In this document: positions 63,392 through 64,000 of the stretch, piece after piece | Layout: every line of letters starts with the position of its first letter | Numbering within the stretch: position 1 is the stretch's first letter | Source of the DNA: Hydrolagus affinis | Taxonomy: Eukaryota | Direction: 5' to 3' | Assembly (NCBI GenBank): GCA_012026655.1 | Contig: JAAILG010000990.1 | Span: forward strand, 1-64,000 | Length of the DNA: 64,000 nucleotides | Made by a program: the position numbers and the translations under genes | The notes under the pieces: model-generated | The model's database searches: none | What the model saw: only the letters and a program-made list of their open reading frames with translations | What the model was told of the DNA's origin: nothing

Positions 63392-63756
63392 CCAGTTGGA
63401 ACAATGAAGCTGCTCTGGATATGTGTTGTCATTGCAAGAACATTTGCGGAATTGGGAGGTCCTGATTGCCCCAAGGTTCCCCAACATCACTTTAATAATG
63501 ATAACAACCACCCCTGCAGCCGAGAAAGACCCAAGTGACTGTTGTGAAGAATCGGCCCCTGCTAATCACCTGCAAGGTTGAGTGGAGTGATCCTCGACAG
63601 ACATGCCGGCGGGTGCATTCATCGGACAGGATACATCACAGATGCAGATGGTCGTAATTTGGTATGAGGACATGTGACCCACAAACCGGGGGAAACCGTC
63701 ATTTAAAACATTGTCCAAAATGATACCTCCTTACAGTCGGTACCAAGTAGGGGGAA

Positions 63757-64000
63757 TGTTGAGTTACATGGGGACGTTCGCATTTTGAAAGATGCAAAGG
63801 CAGTTAATGGTGAAAGTAAGAATGTTAAAATAAACTGCTAATTGGAAAGACTGGACAAAAGGCATGGTCAATTACAATAAGCAGATAACAGGAACACCCA
63901 ACTCATAACAATATGGACAGCCTTGGGAGAACACAAAGGAAGAGAGGAAGGGAGTAAATACACGTCTGGAGCCTTACCTCCGGAACAGCTTAGTTAGCAC
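63757..64000 (+). repeat. 3' LTR (truncated by window), preceded by PPT AAGTAGGGGGAA
   Basis: Direct repeat of 59003 onward. Confidence 0.92.

Larger units (their letters stand above)
59003..64000 (+). mobile_element. Decayed LTR retroelement / endogenous retrovirus-like element, integrase absent; runs off the window end
   Basis: 5' LTR 59003-59587 (TGTT..AACA), PBS 59591-59608, gag 59821-~61280, pol ~61390-63391, PPT 63745-63756, 3' LTR from 63757. Confidence 0.93.

Overview
Vertebrate genomic DNA: AT-rich, intron-containing, with one 100-N gap. The repeat landscape (tRNA-head Deu-type SINEs, L2, CR1, LF-SINE-like relics) suggests a cartilaginous fish, possibly a chimaera; this is inference. 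I reconstructed two tandem minus-strand System A amino-acid transporter genes by hand, each with 15 GT-AG coding exons in consistent phase. They are an SLC38A1/SNAT1-like gene (CDS 30004->13811, 479 aa) and SLC38A2/SNAT2 (CDS 54246->43283, 516 aa). SLC38A2 has a TATA/CCAAT promoter, an intron-1 ATF4 amino-acid response element and a ~3 kb 3'UTR. The left end is a CpG island with a probable first exon of the neighbouring gene (SCAF11 by synteny, inferred), followed by a 40-bp minisatellite. The right end is a decayed LTR retroelement with a tRNA-Ser PBS, coiled-coil gag, PR-RT-tether-RNase H and no integrase, built more like a retrovirus than a typical Gypsy element. The most interesting observations are three. 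(1) The SNAT1-like protein keeps its Na+-site residues but has lost conserved histidines (FVCHP->FVCQP, no C-terminal His). (2) The LTR element may be a lokiretrovirus-like or basal retrovirus relic, with a signal-peptide ORF before the 3' LTR. (3) The minisatellite unit resembles a full-length (upstream+core) CTCF site. Most ORFs in the supplied track are spurious or repeat-derived. Repeat boundaries are approximate and family names come from recognition, not a database search.
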